Below are positions 1 to 10,639 of a stretch of 64,000 nt of DNA, piece by piece. The notes beneath the pieces are model-generated. The model did no database searches, was not told the DNA's origin, and saw only the letters and a program-made list of their open reading frames with translations. Numbering within the stretch: the stretch's first letter is position 1; each line of letters starts with the position of its first letter. The stretch lies in IMG/VR virus record IMGVR_UViG_3300044953_000297; one strand, 5' to 3'. The position numbers and the translations under genes were made by a program. Source of the DNA: an uncultured virus (IMG/VR IMGVR_UViG_3300044953_000297) (taxonomy: Duplodnaviria; Heunggongvirae; Uroviricota; Caudoviricetes).

Positions 1-465
1 GTTATCTGAGTTGTCTGAAACCGCATCCGTGTCTGGTGGCAAAACAATGATTGGTATTGAAGACGAAGCGGTTACATCTATTAACAAGCTATCAATTGCT
101 TTAGCTACATTTCCAACTGATAAGTTAACAGGATTTGCATCAAACTTCTCTAATACAACAAGTGCAAATATAGCATCAATAAATAAGTTATCTGAGTTGT
201 CTGAAACCGCATCCGTGTCTGGTGGCAAAACAATGATTGGTATTGAAGACGAAGCGGTTACATCTATTAACAAGCTATCAATTGCTTTAGCTACATTTCC
301 AACTGATAAGTTAACAGGATTTGCATCAAACTTCTCTAATATAACAAGTGCAAATATAGCATCAATAAATAAGTTATCTGAGTTGTTTGAAACCGCATCC
401 GTGTCTGGTGGCAAAACAATGATTGGTATTGAAGACGAAGCGGTTACATCTATTAACAAGCTATC
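1..465 (+). repeat. 186-bp (62-aa) tandem repeat, ~2.5 copies in window
   Basis: GTTATCTGAGTTG... recurs at 1, 187 and 373 with only ~2 substitutions. Confidence 0.95.
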
Positions 466-667
466 CGACCTAAAAGGTGAACGGGATGAACTAAAACAAG
501 CAATTAGAGATGGAAATGATCGATTGGTTAATGGAATTGAAAATTTGACCAATCTATTGATTAATGGTGGAATAGCTGTTAACCTTGATGGACAACGTGT
601 ATCTAGACAATTATCAACAACCGCATACAGATCTGGTGGATTTGGTCAATCAACATCTAGAGCTTAA
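1..667 (+). CDS. C-terminal part of tail tape measure-like protein (5' partial)
   Basis: Ala/Ser-rich helical repeats; typical C-terminus (GGIAVNLDGQRVSRQL); lies directly upstream of baseplate genes. Confidence 0.65.
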   Translation, partial: LSELSETASVSGGKTMIGIEDEAVTSINKLSIALATFPTDKLTGFASNFSNTTSANIASINKLSELSETASVSGGKTMIGIEDEAVTSINKLSIALATFPTDKLTGFASNFSNITSANIASINKLSELFETASVSGGKTMIGIEDEAVTSINKLSDLKGERDELKQAIRDGNDRLVNGIENLTNLLINGGIAVNLDGQRVSRQLSTTAYRSGGFGQSTSRA

Positions 668-682
668 TACTATTTATAAACA

Positions 683-3262
683 ATGGCAAATAGTCAAACA
701 TATATAGAAGGACTTGGAGGTGCCTCTCAAATTACCACATTATCCCAAGTTCAAGGTGCTGGTTTAAAATTACCAGTACCAACTGCCGATTTTATTAACA
801 TAAGATCTCCTGGTAAGATAGAACGATTGTTTACAGCTCAAGGTAACTCCAATGTTTTATATACAACAAATAAACCGCCGGATTTATATTTAAAAGGGCC
901 ATTAGCAACGGCTAATTTTGAATATCGCTCAATTGAACAAGGTCAACGAAACAAATTGACCACCCCGTTTAAAGCTTCTCGTCGTGATGCTCGCAGAATT
1001 ACAAAATTTTTAGGAAGCTCGGCTGGCACAAAATTTATATTAAAACAGCTGGTTCTGCAAGGATTTCAACCACATGATGAAACCAAAGTTTACAACCCAG
1101 CTTCTCCAATTATTGCAGCTTTAAGATTGGCGTCGTTTGCAACGCTGGACAGACCAACACGGCACTTGGACACAAGCAATATTGTTGGCGGACTATTAGG
1201 TGGTACTGGATTGGGTAGTATCGTTAATACGATTGGCCGACTAGCCGGTAAAGGGCCTCCTGTTCCAGCTCCACCTAGAAGTAGCGTTGCTAGTGGAGCT
1301 AGTTCAGGTTTTGGATTGGCAACATTCACATCAATGCTTGGTGGAGCTGATAAATCGGATAAGGTGGTATCTCCACTTGCCAGACCAGATGTTAGAGACT
1401 TATTACGAGGACAAACTGCAACAAATGCATACAACTCTACAAGATACAGTAAATTGGTTGGCGGTGGTGGCGGATCATTTTTTGGAAGACTACTAAGCGG
1501 GGTTGGAAAATTTTTGCAAAATAATACATTGATTGGTGGAATCATACCACCAAAACAACCGTGGGCCGCAAACTATCGTGCCGATGAAGAAACATATGAT
1601 CTTTATCTAAACGCTGGAAAACTTTTTAATCCGGATCAAACCGGAATTGGGGGTGGGGGAATATTAAGCGGAATTTTAAAAGCTGTAGGATTTGGTAAAA
1701 AGGCAGATTATTCTCAAGCTGTACGACAAAGATTTTATAACAAGTCTAAAAATTCTCCAAACTTTAACAGAAGCATCGTTGTTTCTAGAATAAATAGAAG
1801 TGTTTCGACGGTTGAATCCACAGATGAAACCGCATATAAATCCATAGACCAAGGTTCCCAAATTCTACCATACCAAGTGGCAACAACCCGAAAAGTAAGC
1901 GGCAGAGATTCTGGTCTCAAGTATACAGACTTAATAAATGTAAAGAATAACGGTAATTTAGAACAGAGCGATCAGCTTTTAAACTATAAAGTTTTGACGA
2001 CGCAATCCAAAAATTTTAGCGACACATTTTCAGATCCTCAAAGTCAGACTGCAAAAGATATTGCAGAAAATTATTCTAAAGCGATTATCAATATACTTGG
2101 TCAAAATAATCAAAATTATAAACCAGCTAGTCAGTTTGGTCGGGTAGACGATATATTACCACAACAATTTCATTCAATAAATATTGCTAGCAAAGAATTT
2201 TATACAGACGCAAGTATAGGATTCGATAAAATGGCTAATAGAAAGTATTTAAACCGATTTGAAAATAGTTTTCGTCAACCAACAATAACCGGTAGATCTA
2301 ATTCAGAACGATTTATCGAACCAACGAATGGTGTAGATTACGTTAACAGTCTTGACGTCTTAAAAAAAGAACAATTCGAAGAATTGTATAAAAACCAAGG
2401 TAACGGATTCGGGCCAGATATTGTAAGTTTTTATTTTTATGATATTGTAAATCAAAAATACATACCATTCGCAGCAACTGTAAAGGGAATACAAGATTCA
2501 AATTCCGCTGAATGGGAAACTGTTGAATATCTTGGAAGACCAGACAAACAGTATTACTATAAAGGATTTACAAGAGAAGTTTCATTTAACTTCACAGTAA
2601 ACGCACATAGTATTAAAGAACTAATGCCTATGTGGCAACGAATTAACTATTTGGTTGGTTTAACCAGACCAGCAAATTACACGGAACAAGCTAATGGTGG
2701 GTTTATGATACCACCTATGGTGCAGCTAACGCTTGGAGATTTTTATAAAAATCATTTTGTTGTAATAAGATCGTGCAACATCACAATACCTGAAGATGCA
2801 TCTTGGGAAACACTTCCCGAAAAGTGGTATTTGAAATACAATTGGCACTGGGGCCCTAACAGATCTGCGGGCGGCTTGGGAGCATTCGAATGGCAAAATT
2901 CATTTGGCAAGTACGCTCAATTTCCTAGAACGGTTGAAATTAATATGAATATGTCTATACTAGAAAAAGATAGACCAAAAGTCGGAAGAGCTATTTGGGG
3001 AGATGCGATTGTATCGAATGAAAACGGCGCTGATATATACGGCACATATAATAAAAACACTGGTGATATTACGTTTAACCTTGAAGATAATTTCTCAACA
3101 CATGTTCGATACGACACCGATATAGCAGCATTTGCCGATGAGATAGAAAAAATTGAGAGAAGAGCAGCTGAAGCTCGAGCGGTCGCCTTGGCCAAGTCGC
3201 CAACTATTGTATCCGATCTAGCAGCGCTTGACGGTGCCGATGAGCCACTTATAACTTTTTGA
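683..3262 (+). CDS. Baseplate/tail-tube initiator-like structural protein
   Basis: C-terminal domain SAEWETVEYLGRPDKQYYYKGFTREVSFNF...PPMVQLTLGD typical of tube-initiator/baseplate proteins; position after tape measure. Confidence 0.6.
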   Translation: MANSQTYIEGLGGASQITTLSQVQGAGLKLPVPTADFINIRSPGKIERLFTAQGNSNVLYTTNKPPDLYLKGPLATANFEYRSIEQGQRNKLTTPFKASRRDARRITKFLGSSAGTKFILKQLVLQGFQPHDETKVYNPASPIIAALRLASFATLDRPTRHLDTSNIVGGLLGGTGLGSIVNTIGRLAGKGPPVPAPPRSSVASGASSGFGLATFTSMLGGADKSDKVVSPLARPDVRDLLRGQTATNAYNSTRYSKLVGGGGGSFFGRLLSGVGKFLQNNTLIGGIIPPKQPWAANYRADEETYDLYLNAGKLFNPDQTGIGGGGILSGILKAVGFGKKADYSQAVRQRFYNKSKNSPNFNRSIVVSRINRSVSTVESTDETAYKSIDQGSQILPYQVATTRKVSGRDSGLKYTDLINVKNNGNLEQSDQLLNYKVLTTQSKNFSDTFSDPQSQTAKDIAENYSKAIINILGQNNQNYKPASQFGRVDDILPQQFHSINIASKEFYTDASIGFDKMANRKYLNRFENSFRQPTITGRSNSERFIEPTNGVDYVNSLDVLKKEQFEELYKNQGNGFGPDIVSFYFYDIVNQKYIPFAATVKGIQDSNSAEWETVEYLGRPDKQYYYKGFTREVSFNFTVNAHSIKELMPMWQRINYLVGLTRPANYTEQANGGFMIPPMVQLTLGDFYKNHFVVIRSCNITIPEDASWETLPEKWYLKYNWHWGPNRSAGGLGAFEWQNSFGKYAQFPRTVEINMNMSILEKDRPKVGRAIWGDAIVSNENGADIYGTYNKNTGDITFNLEDNFSTHVRYDTDIAAFADEIEKIERRAAEARAVALAKSPTIVSDLAALDGADEPLITF

Positions 3263-3293
3263 GTACATAGAAATAATTTGAAAATAAAAATCC

Positions 3294-3584
3294 ATGAGAT
3301 ACCAATTCACACCAATTGAAAAAAGATTTGATGGAAAAAATGTATATAAAACTACATATTATCCCGTCATACCTGAATCAGCGAATGATTTTTACATAAC
3401 TGTAAGTGAAGCTGATTATTTAGATTCACTCGCAAAAAAATATTACGGTGACGAAAGTTTATGGTGGATAATAGCAAATGCAAACAATTTGCCCGGATAC
3501 AAATTGTCAATCCAAACAGACAAACAAATAAGAATTCCAGCAAATGTCAGTCAAATACTGAATCAGTTAAAAAATTTAAATTAA
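3294..3584 (+). CDS. LysM-like baseplate wedge protein (gp53-like)
   Basis: DYLDSLAKKYYGDESLWWIIANAN...QIRIP motif. Confidence 0.8.
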   Translation: MRYQFTPIEKRFDGKNVYKTTYYPVIPESANDFYITVSEADYLDSLAKKYYGDESLWWIIANANNLPGYKLSIQTDKQIRIPANVSQILNQLKNLN

Positions 3585-3588
3585 TGTT

Positions 3589-6500
3589 ATGGCAAAACTA
3601 CCAGAGATAAGCGATACAGCGCCATTGTGGTGGGAAATACAAAACATCCCCACCGAGTTGGTTAGAGAATTGAGAAGAAGAAATAATACCAACAATGTTG
3701 GTATGAACATACCCAATCCATTTACAAAAACTACCTTTGATTTTGAAAACACATACGATCAATATAAAGGACCAATGACTCCATGGGTTCGTGTGTTTTC
3801 CAACAGTACTGGTAAATCGTTGAATATATTGGTTCCTGGAAGCGAATATTTGGATAAAAATAAAACGCAAACCGATTACGATGGATTTATACTTAAAGGT
3901 GGAGATGGATTTTATGATGCGTTTGGATATCAACAAAATAAACCATTGTCGGACGCTAGAGCTATAATTGGATACGAAGCCAACGGAAAACCACACTATA
4001 TAGACAACGCATATCGAAGTCAATATAATTATTCAACTAAACGTACTACATTATATCCACAAAACAATCAAACGCCGCCGTTAGTGCCGGCGCCTGCAAT
4101 AACCAGTATTAATGTTCGTCAGTCTAAAGAGTATATAACTTTTTCCAGTTTCAAATTCAAATGTTTTGGATTAGCACAACTTGAATATCTCACGCCGTTC
4201 TTTTTGACAACGGGTATAAATGTGTTCATAGAATTCGGTTGGAATCTTTTTAACCAGAAATCGTTGCTCGATCTATCAAATATACAAGAATGTTGGGACA
4301 TAGTATCTAAACCGCAGACAGCTATAGATCGTGCCATTGCATCAAATGGAAATTATGGATGTGTGACGGGTATTATAACAAAATATTCGTTCACTAGCAC
4401 AGATGGATTTGTATATGAGTGTAATGTAGAAACTACTTCTAGACAGGGATTATATGCGGGGATGAGAACCGACAATAATGCAAAAATATCTAATACAAAA
4501 AATGATGGCACAACATTTAATCAAGAGTTCTTAGATTTAAAAACATTTATAAAATTATATTTGCCGACCATAAATGAGGTGTTAACATATTATTCGAGCT
4601 CTAACTTTTTAAATTACGTAACACAAAAGATCGAAGCCGAAAAAACGTCGAACGAAAGCAAACAAGATAATGATACTAAAGCTAATGTAGAACAAACTGA
4701 ACAAGATAAAACAAAAAATAATCTAATACAATCGTTGATCCAAAAAAAAGAATCAGGAAACAAATTATTTTACAACGGAAAACCAGAGGATAGGGTATTC
4801 ATGGGAAGACTTGAAAACATTTATCAAGGATTGAAAAAAAGACCAACAGCACCAGAATCGCCAATTATTGATTATGGCACCGTTCATCCAGATAAGTTGG
4901 AAACTGGATACAATCAAGTATCGTGTGATGATGATAAAACCGATTTTGATTCGAAGGACGGATCTGATGAAGTTTGGTTACAATTGGATTTTGTATTTGA
5001 AATAATAAATCTGTTTATGTCAAACAGATATACAAACCTATACAAAATTGATATATCAGATGTAATTATTAATGCACATCCAAATTTAATTTCGTGTGAT
5101 AAAGATGTGTTAATTCCAAATCCGGTCTCTCCAAAAGTAAACATTGGTACACTAAAGTCCCCAAAAGGAACTGGCGGAGGTTTTTTGAAAAAATCCGATG
5201 CACTACCATTACAGAGGATAAATATGTATGCAGTCAAAGTAGACGAGAAAACTGGAGAAGTTAGCGAGACTCGCCGCTTTTTTGATTTAAATTTTTGGCG
5301 TAAGCAAGAGACTGGTAACATGTTTCAAAATCAACAAGCCGACATCACGGTTGAGACAAACAAAGAGCTACAATCTAAAATAAATAAAAAATCGTTGGAT
5401 TATCCTAATTTAACCACCGATCAAAGTTATTATTTAGCGTGTGAAGCTGCTAGAAATACTTTTAAAACTAGAGGAAGAGTACGAGATGATCTGGACAAAA
5501 TTGTTAATTGGATATATTACAATAAAGTAAAAGGATCACATGAAGATAAATCTGCGTCATTTCCATTTGCAACTGACATAACCGTTGAACGAGTAAACAA
5601 AAATGGGAAAACTGAGAAGGTTACTTATAAACGATATTATTATGGATATTTAAAACACTTGTATATAAGTAAAACCAAGTTGATTAACATTGCTGAATCC
5701 TCCGACACAAAAAATTACAAACAATTTGTAAACGCAATATTGAATGTAATAAATGAATCGGTTGATGATTTTTGGAAATTTGAAATACAAGAGGGTCAGG
5801 ATAAAAATGGAAATTCTGTTGTATCTGTTGTTGATAAAAACACTATAAATTTTGAAGCGCTTCGTGAAATATACATGTTTGAGGTTGGTAGAACAAATAA
5901 TGTTGTAAAATCCTTAGAGTTTGATGTAAGCCTTACAAATGAACAAGCTGTAAATACATTGTTTAGCGGACAGACTGTAACAGAAACATCTACTGCCAAA
6001 ATAAAGTCTGCCGCAACCATTGATCAACTAAACGCAACAATTAATACTATAAATAATGTTCCGTTTATAAAATTTAATGATAGACTCGACAGATTTCAAC
6101 TTGGATTATTAGCAAATGAACAAAGTGGGTCTATAGCAGCATCCACTGTGCCTGGCACCACATCTGGAATATCTAATGAAAATAACGACATAGCCGATTT
6201 ACAAAAATACGGAGACAAATCCAAGAGTGGAGTATTGTGTATAACTGTCAAAAATCTAAATCCAAATTACTCCGATAGTATGGAAAACATTCAAGACGAT
6301 CAAAAAAATAAAAAAAACTATAAGTTTTTGTGTCTGCCGCCAAGCATGAAAACTAGATTGAGACAAATGTTGGATGATCGAGACTATACAAATAATGCTG
6401 CAAAATATAGTGGTGTTGCTGATAATTTTACAGTAACACTGCGATTTGACGGATTATTTGCATTGAGAAATCTTCAATGTTTTGCAATAAGCAATTTGCC

Positions 6501-6639
6501 TAAACCATATGTTCCTGGAAATATAGTTTTTCAGGTACTTGAAGCAGAACATACAGTTGATGCCGGCAAATGGGAAACTGTGGTTACCGCATTAGTAAGA
6601 TGTGTGGGAACATCCAACATAAAATATGTAATAGTATGA
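3589..6639 (+). CDS. Baseplate hub-like protein
   Basis: 1016 aa; VFIEFGW motif and C-terminal FQVLEAEHTVDAGKWETVV typical of hub proteins; synteny. Confidence 0.55.
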   Translation: MAKLPEISDTAPLWWEIQNIPTELVRELRRRNNTNNVGMNIPNPFTKTTFDFENTYDQYKGPMTPWVRVFSNSTGKSLNILVPGSEYLDKNKTQTDYDGFILKGGDGFYDAFGYQQNKPLSDARAIIGYEANGKPHYIDNAYRSQYNYSTKRTTLYPQNNQTPPLVPAPAITSINVRQSKEYITFSSFKFKCFGLAQLEYLTPFFLTTGINVFIEFGWNLFNQKSLLDLSNIQECWDIVSKPQTAIDRAIASNGNYGCVTGIITKYSFTSTDGFVYECNVETTSRQGLYAGMRTDNNAKISNTKNDGTTFNQEFLDLKTFIKLYLPTINEVLTYYSSSNFLNYVTQKIEAEKTSNESKQDNDTKANVEQTEQDKTKNNLIQSLIQKKESGNKLFYNGKPEDRVFMGRLENIYQGLKKRPTAPESPIIDYGTVHPDKLETGYNQVSCDDDKTDFDSKDGSDEVWLQLDFVFEIINLFMSNRYTNLYKIDISDVIINAHPNLISCDKDVLIPNPVSPKVNIGTLKSPKGTGGGFLKKSDALPLQRINMYAVKVDEKTGEVSETRRFFDLNFWRKQETGNMFQNQQADITVETNKELQSKINKKSLDYPNLTTDQSYYLACEAARNTFKTRGRVRDDLDKIVNWIYYNKVKGSHEDKSASFPFATDITVERVNKNGKTEKVTYKRYYYGYLKHLYISKTKLINIAESSDTKNYKQFVNAILNVINESVDDFWKFEIQEGQDKNGNSVVSVVDKNTINFEALREIYMFEVGRTNNVVKSLEFDVSLTNEQAVNTLFSGQTVTETSTAKIKSAATIDQLNATINTINNVPFIKFNDRLDRFQLGLLANEQSGSIAASTVPGTTSGISNENNDIADLQKYGDKSKSGVLCITVKNLNPNYSDSMENIQDDQKNKKNYKFLCLPPSMKTRLRQMLDDRDYTNNAAKYSGVADNFTVTLRFDGLFALRNLQCFAISNLPKPYVPGNIVFQVLEAEHTVDAGKWETVVTALVRCVGTSNIKYVIV

Positions 6640-7031
6640 TGCCAAATATACCAGATACTCCATATAGCGTAAAATCTAAGTTGGGATTGCAATCGTACAA
6701 CTTTGTACAACCATCGACATATATTCCAACAATTAATCAAAATGATTATGAAAACGGTTATATTACAAGATATTTTATAGGTAAGATCAATTATTTTCAA
6801 GTAATAGAAACCCACGCGAAAGATTATAATATTGCGAATCCAGCTTATTTTGCTAAATCAAAAATAAAATGGAAAATAACAGGGCCCGAGTTTAATGTGT
6901 ACAACAAAAAATTACTGGAAACCACAGGAGTTGTCGATTACAACATATTGAGAATAAATGAAGCCGCCCAGTATATAAAAAACATAGAGGTTGTTTTAAA
7001 TAATCCAAGGCAGTTTTGGAGAGGGTTTTAA
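6636..7031 (+). CDS. Conserved phage hypothetical protein (structural module)
   Basis: ATGA overlap with upstream gene; DYENGYITRYF...KWKITGP motif. Confidence 0.6.
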   Translation: MMPNIPDTPYSVKSKLGLQSYNFVQPSTYIPTINQNDYENGYITRYFIGKINYFQVIETHAKDYNIANPAYFAKSKIKWKITGPEFNVYNKKLLETTGVVDYNILRINEAAQYIKNIEVVLNNPRQFWRGF

Positions 7032-7060
7032 TTGACCAATCTATTGTTTTGTGTTACAAT
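7032..7060 (+). promoter_or_regulatory. sigma70-type promoter
   Basis: TTGACC-17 bp-TACAAT. Confidence 0.6.
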
Positions 7061-7066
7061 GTGAAT

Positions 7067-8359
7067 GTGATAGACTGTAATAAAATATATTTAAAGTTCA
7101 TAACAAAAAACAATAACAGACATACCAAGTGTGATGAAGTTATCGCTGCATTTTATTATGACTATGAAAATAAATCTACACAATATATAAACTTCACGCA
7201 TACCGATGTTATATCAGATACTTCTTTTGCATCTTTCAAAGAATCTATAAATAATAGAGATAAAAACTTCAAGGTTTATGTAAACAATAAAAAGAAGTAC
7301 AAATACTGGCTAACCTGTGAATTGGTTGATGTAAACTTATTTGGATTCATTGAGGATAATGAAATAATCGAAGAAGTTGACGATACAACAAAAAATTACT
7401 TGTCGATATCAAATGGTGAAATAAACGATTTTAACCTGATTGTGCCTTATGCGATTCACCAAAAGTGTTTTGACAAAGAGGTTAAAATGGTTGAAAAGTT
7501 AAATGAACAAAAAACTGACACTTATTGTTTTAAATTTTTTAACAATATTGTGTCTGAAACTTTGTATGAAGTTGAAAAGAATGGAATAAAAATTAACAAA
7601 GAGATTTATGATAAATTCTTTGAAGCTAGAACCACAAATGGATATGTTTACACGGAATATCATATTTACAATCCAACTGGCAGGCCCAGTAACTGTTACG
7701 ATGGTATAAATTATGTAGCCTTGAAAAAAGACGATGGTTCAAGAGCAAGTTTTGTATCTCGATATAAAGATGGAAATCTGATGATGGTAGATTTTACCGG
7801 ATTTCATCCATATATTGTTGCAAACATAATTGGATATAAGGTGCCAGAACAAGAAACAATATACGAACATTTAGCAAAAATGTATTATGGAGTTGAAACA
7901 GTTACATCCGACATTTTAGCTAAAAGCAAAAAATTGACCATGATAAATCTGTACGGTCAAATCAACGAACAATATTTGGAAATTGAGTTTTTCAGAAAAA
8001 CTAATGAGCTTAAAGATAAATACTGGTTGGATTTTACCGAAAAGGGATATGTAACCACTCCAATTTACAAAAGAAAAATAACTCAAAAACATGTTCTAGG
8101 TGCAAATAAGAATAAACTATTTGCATATATTATACAAGCGGCTGAAACCGAATACGGAATTGATAGGTTGAGAGATTGCCTTAAATTTGTAAAGGGTAAG
8201 GAAATTTTACCAATATTATATAATTATGACGCTATATTATTTGATGTAGGTAATGTGGATACGTCTGATATTAAGGATTTGATAGAAATTATCAAAAATA
8301 AGAAATTCAAGGTTAAAGTGTACAAAGGAGAGAATTACCATAATTTAATTCAAGTGTAA
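7067..8359 (+). CDS. Family A DNA polymerase-like protein with divergent motifs
   Basis: TGRPS, motif A-like VDFTGFHP, YIIQAAETE, motif C-like YNYDAILFD; start probably GTG 7061/7067 behind the promoter. Confidence 0.7.
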   Translation: MIDCNKIYLKFITKNNNRHTKCDEVIAAFYYDYENKSTQYINFTHTDVISDTSFASFKESINNRDKNFKVYVNNKKKYKYWLTCELVDVNLFGFIEDNEIIEEVDDTTKNYLSISNGEINDFNLIVPYAIHQKCFDKEVKMVEKLNEQKTDTYCFKFFNNIVSETLYEVEKNGIKINKEIYDKFFEARTTNGYVYTEYHIYNPTGRPSNCYDGINYVALKKDDGSRASFVSRYKDGNLMMVDFTGFHPYIVANIIGYKVPEQETIYEHLAKMYYGVETVTSDILAKSKKLTMINLYGQINEQYLEIEFFRKTNELKDKYWLDFTEKGYVTTPIYKRKITQKHVLGANKNKLFAYIIQAAETEYGIDRLRDCLKFVKGKEILPILYNYDAILFDVGNVDTSDIKDLIEIIKNKKFKVKVYKGENYHNLIQV

Positions 8360-8389
8360 ATATATTTATATTTATAAATTACACTCTGA

Positions 8390-10114
8390 ATGAACTTTAA
8401 ATCTGTATTAAACGATGTTTGTTGTGATTCTCGTATAAAAAACGGGGTTGTGGATATTCGCAATCCCGATCACGTTTTTGTATTGCAGGAATATTTGGAA
8501 AAAGTTGGATTTTCAATTAATGAAATTGTAAACAAAACCGCTTCTTTATTTGAAGCTGGCAGATTTCCTGAAAGACAAGCTTACAACAAAGATGGTATTC
8601 TTGTCACCTTTCCAAACAAAGAGTATCGTGATAGAGCTGTAAATAAAGGTACACATTTTGCGGAAAATCCAAAAAAATCGCAATCCAATATATTTGCAGA
8701 ACCGCCAGCGGATGTTCAACCAGAAAAGCCCGAGGGAAGTGTATCCATTGATTCGGAGTTAAACAACGATGCGGATGACGAACGATTAGATACTTACAAA
8801 AATAGAACGCCTAAAGAAAAAGTGATAGATGCTCAGGCGGTCGATTATATACTGCAAGGAGAAACCCCATTAGTAAATTATAGTGTGGATGAAGCGAAAA
8901 GATACGGTTTCTATAAAAAAGGAACATCTTGGTACAACGCTGACGGAAATCTTGTAGGAGAACAGATTTTTGATGAATCGTTAAACAGACCTTTAATTAA
9001 ATCAAAACCGCTAATAACAGAGGGAGCTGAGGAATTAGAAGACGCAATAGTCAATGCCTTATACGACCGAGGATATCCAAATAAAAATATTGAATCCGTT
9101 GCTAAAAAAGTTGCAATTTCTATTAAACCTATAGTTGGCGATATTAAAGTTGCGGATAGTGTTGGACGTTTTGGTGGAGAACTAAGTCAATTCTGGAAAT
9201 CATATCACGCCACCGATAATACTCCAAAAACAGATGTAATTATTAACAAATTCAACTCTTCTGTCAAATACGGACCATCTCAATTAATGTCTGGTGGAAA
9301 AAATGAATCGTTAGCAACATTTATGGCAGCGGTCGAATCTACCCCAACATTAGAAACACAAGTGATACAAAATGTAACTGCTATGTTGGATAATTTCGTA
9401 GCCTCCACAAGAACAATTCGAGGTGGAGTTGAAGATTTATTAAAAAAGAAACCATCCGAGATTAAATCTGAATTAGAAGAAAAAGTAAAAACAATTGCGG
9501 ACAATGCCAACAAAGCACACAAAGATTTAATGGCATATCTAGACACAATATTCAGTCAAAATGCGCCATTCAAATCTTCCTTTGTACGAGAAGCTATGAC
9601 TGGAGAACATAAGTTTCCACGCGGGTCATTTGCAATAGCAAATTACATATTGTCAGTATCCAAAACAGGAGAGTCAGTCTATTTCAACAAAATTGACAAC
9701 ACGGTTGTAAACAGCGTTGCCAACTCAACAAAAGTCTCTGTACGATTTAAGTCAACCTCGGTCAAAAAGAAGGGAATCAAAACAGGAGAATATAATTTTT
9801 GGAGTGTTGTTGGATTAATCGTTAAAGATTATAAAGAAAAATATACAAAAATAAATGAAATATTAGAATCTCATTCAATATTAACCGAAAATGTTATTGA
9901 TCAAATTAAAGCCTTTTTACAAAATAGTTGGAAATTTATAACTGAAATTTATGACAAAATGATAGCTTATATAAAATCTGGTTTCACCAGTGTACTTAAC
10001 TTTTTCGATATTGGTTTGGATAGTGAAGACATATCGGTAAATGGACGATCTGGCGACCAATCGGTTTATATAGATTTTTCTGCAATACTAAATGGCAATA
10101 CACCAAGCGCGTAA
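8390..10114 (+). CDS. Hypothetical protein (possible nuclease-fold C-terminal domain)
   Basis: 574-aa ORF preceded by TATTTATA motif; TPKTDVII...SVK resembles a PD-(D/E)XK core (weak). Confidence 0.5.
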   Translation: MNFKSVLNDVCCDSRIKNGVVDIRNPDHVFVLQEYLEKVGFSINEIVNKTASLFEAGRFPERQAYNKDGILVTFPNKEYRDRAVNKGTHFAENPKKSQSNIFAEPPADVQPEKPEGSVSIDSELNNDADDERLDTYKNRTPKEKVIDAQAVDYILQGETPLVNYSVDEAKRYGFYKKGTSWYNADGNLVGEQIFDESLNRPLIKSKPLITEGAEELEDAIVNALYDRGYPNKNIESVAKKVAISIKPIVGDIKVADSVGRFGGELSQFWKSYHATDNTPKTDVIINKFNSSVKYGPSQLMSGGKNESLATFMAAVESTPTLETQVIQNVTAMLDNFVASTRTIRGGVEDLLKKKPSEIKSELEEKVKTIADNANKAHKDLMAYLDTIFSQNAPFKSSFVREAMTGEHKFPRGSFAIANYILSVSKTGESVYFNKIDNTVVNSVANSTKVSVRFKSTSVKKKGIKTGEYNFWSVVGLIVKDYKEKYTKINEILESHSILTENVIDQIKAFLQNSWKFITEIYDKMIAYIKSGFTSVLNFFDIGLDSEDISVNGRSGDQSVYIDFSAILNGNTPSA

Positions 10115-10123
10115 CGGTACAAT

Positions 10124-10519
10124 ATGATCATTCAAAAACAATTACTTTGTGCATTTGCCAATAGTACAAATTATAATCAAATAATTGACGGTGTTAAAAA
10201 TCAATATGATTTGGTTGATCGGAAAATATTTGTTTTTGTAAATGAGAAGAATTTAAAGGAGTTATATCTAACATTTAATATACTGAAGGGTCATATTAAT
10301 AACCGATATAAAGGAATTATAAGTGTACACAGGAAAAAGCAAACAAACACGCTTTATACGTTGAACGCTATGAACAAGTTGATTGCCGATGAAAATAACG
10401 GAGTGTTTGATAAAAAGTTTCAATTGAATTGGGATCTATATCAAAATTGTATAATTTTGACCAATGAAATTGGTGTAAAAATTGTGCCATTAAAATTATT
10501 TTCTATAGTCCCAGCTTAA
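10124..10519 (+). CDS. Conserved phage hypothetical protein
   Basis: 131-aa ORF with HRKKQTNTLYTLNAMN motif. Confidence 0.6.
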   Translation: MIIQKQLLCAFANSTNYNQIIDGVKNQYDLVDRKIFVFVNEKNLKELYLTFNILKGHINNRYKGIISVHRKKQTNTLYTLNAMNKLIADENNGVFDKKFQLNWDLYQNCIILTNEIGVKIVPLKLFSIVPA

Positions 10520-10535
10520 TATATATTTAGTACAC

Positions 10536-10564
10536 TTGACATCGTTTTACACCTGTTGTAAAGT
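10536..10564 (+). promoter_or_regulatory. sigma70-type promoter of SSB
   Basis: TTGACA-17 bp-TAAAGT. Confidence 0.55.
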
Positions 10565-10639
10565 GAATCAAGTTAGTTACACTTCTTATCTCGGGTGAGT
10601 TAAGTCTTAACTAATTAACAATTAACCAATTAAATAATT

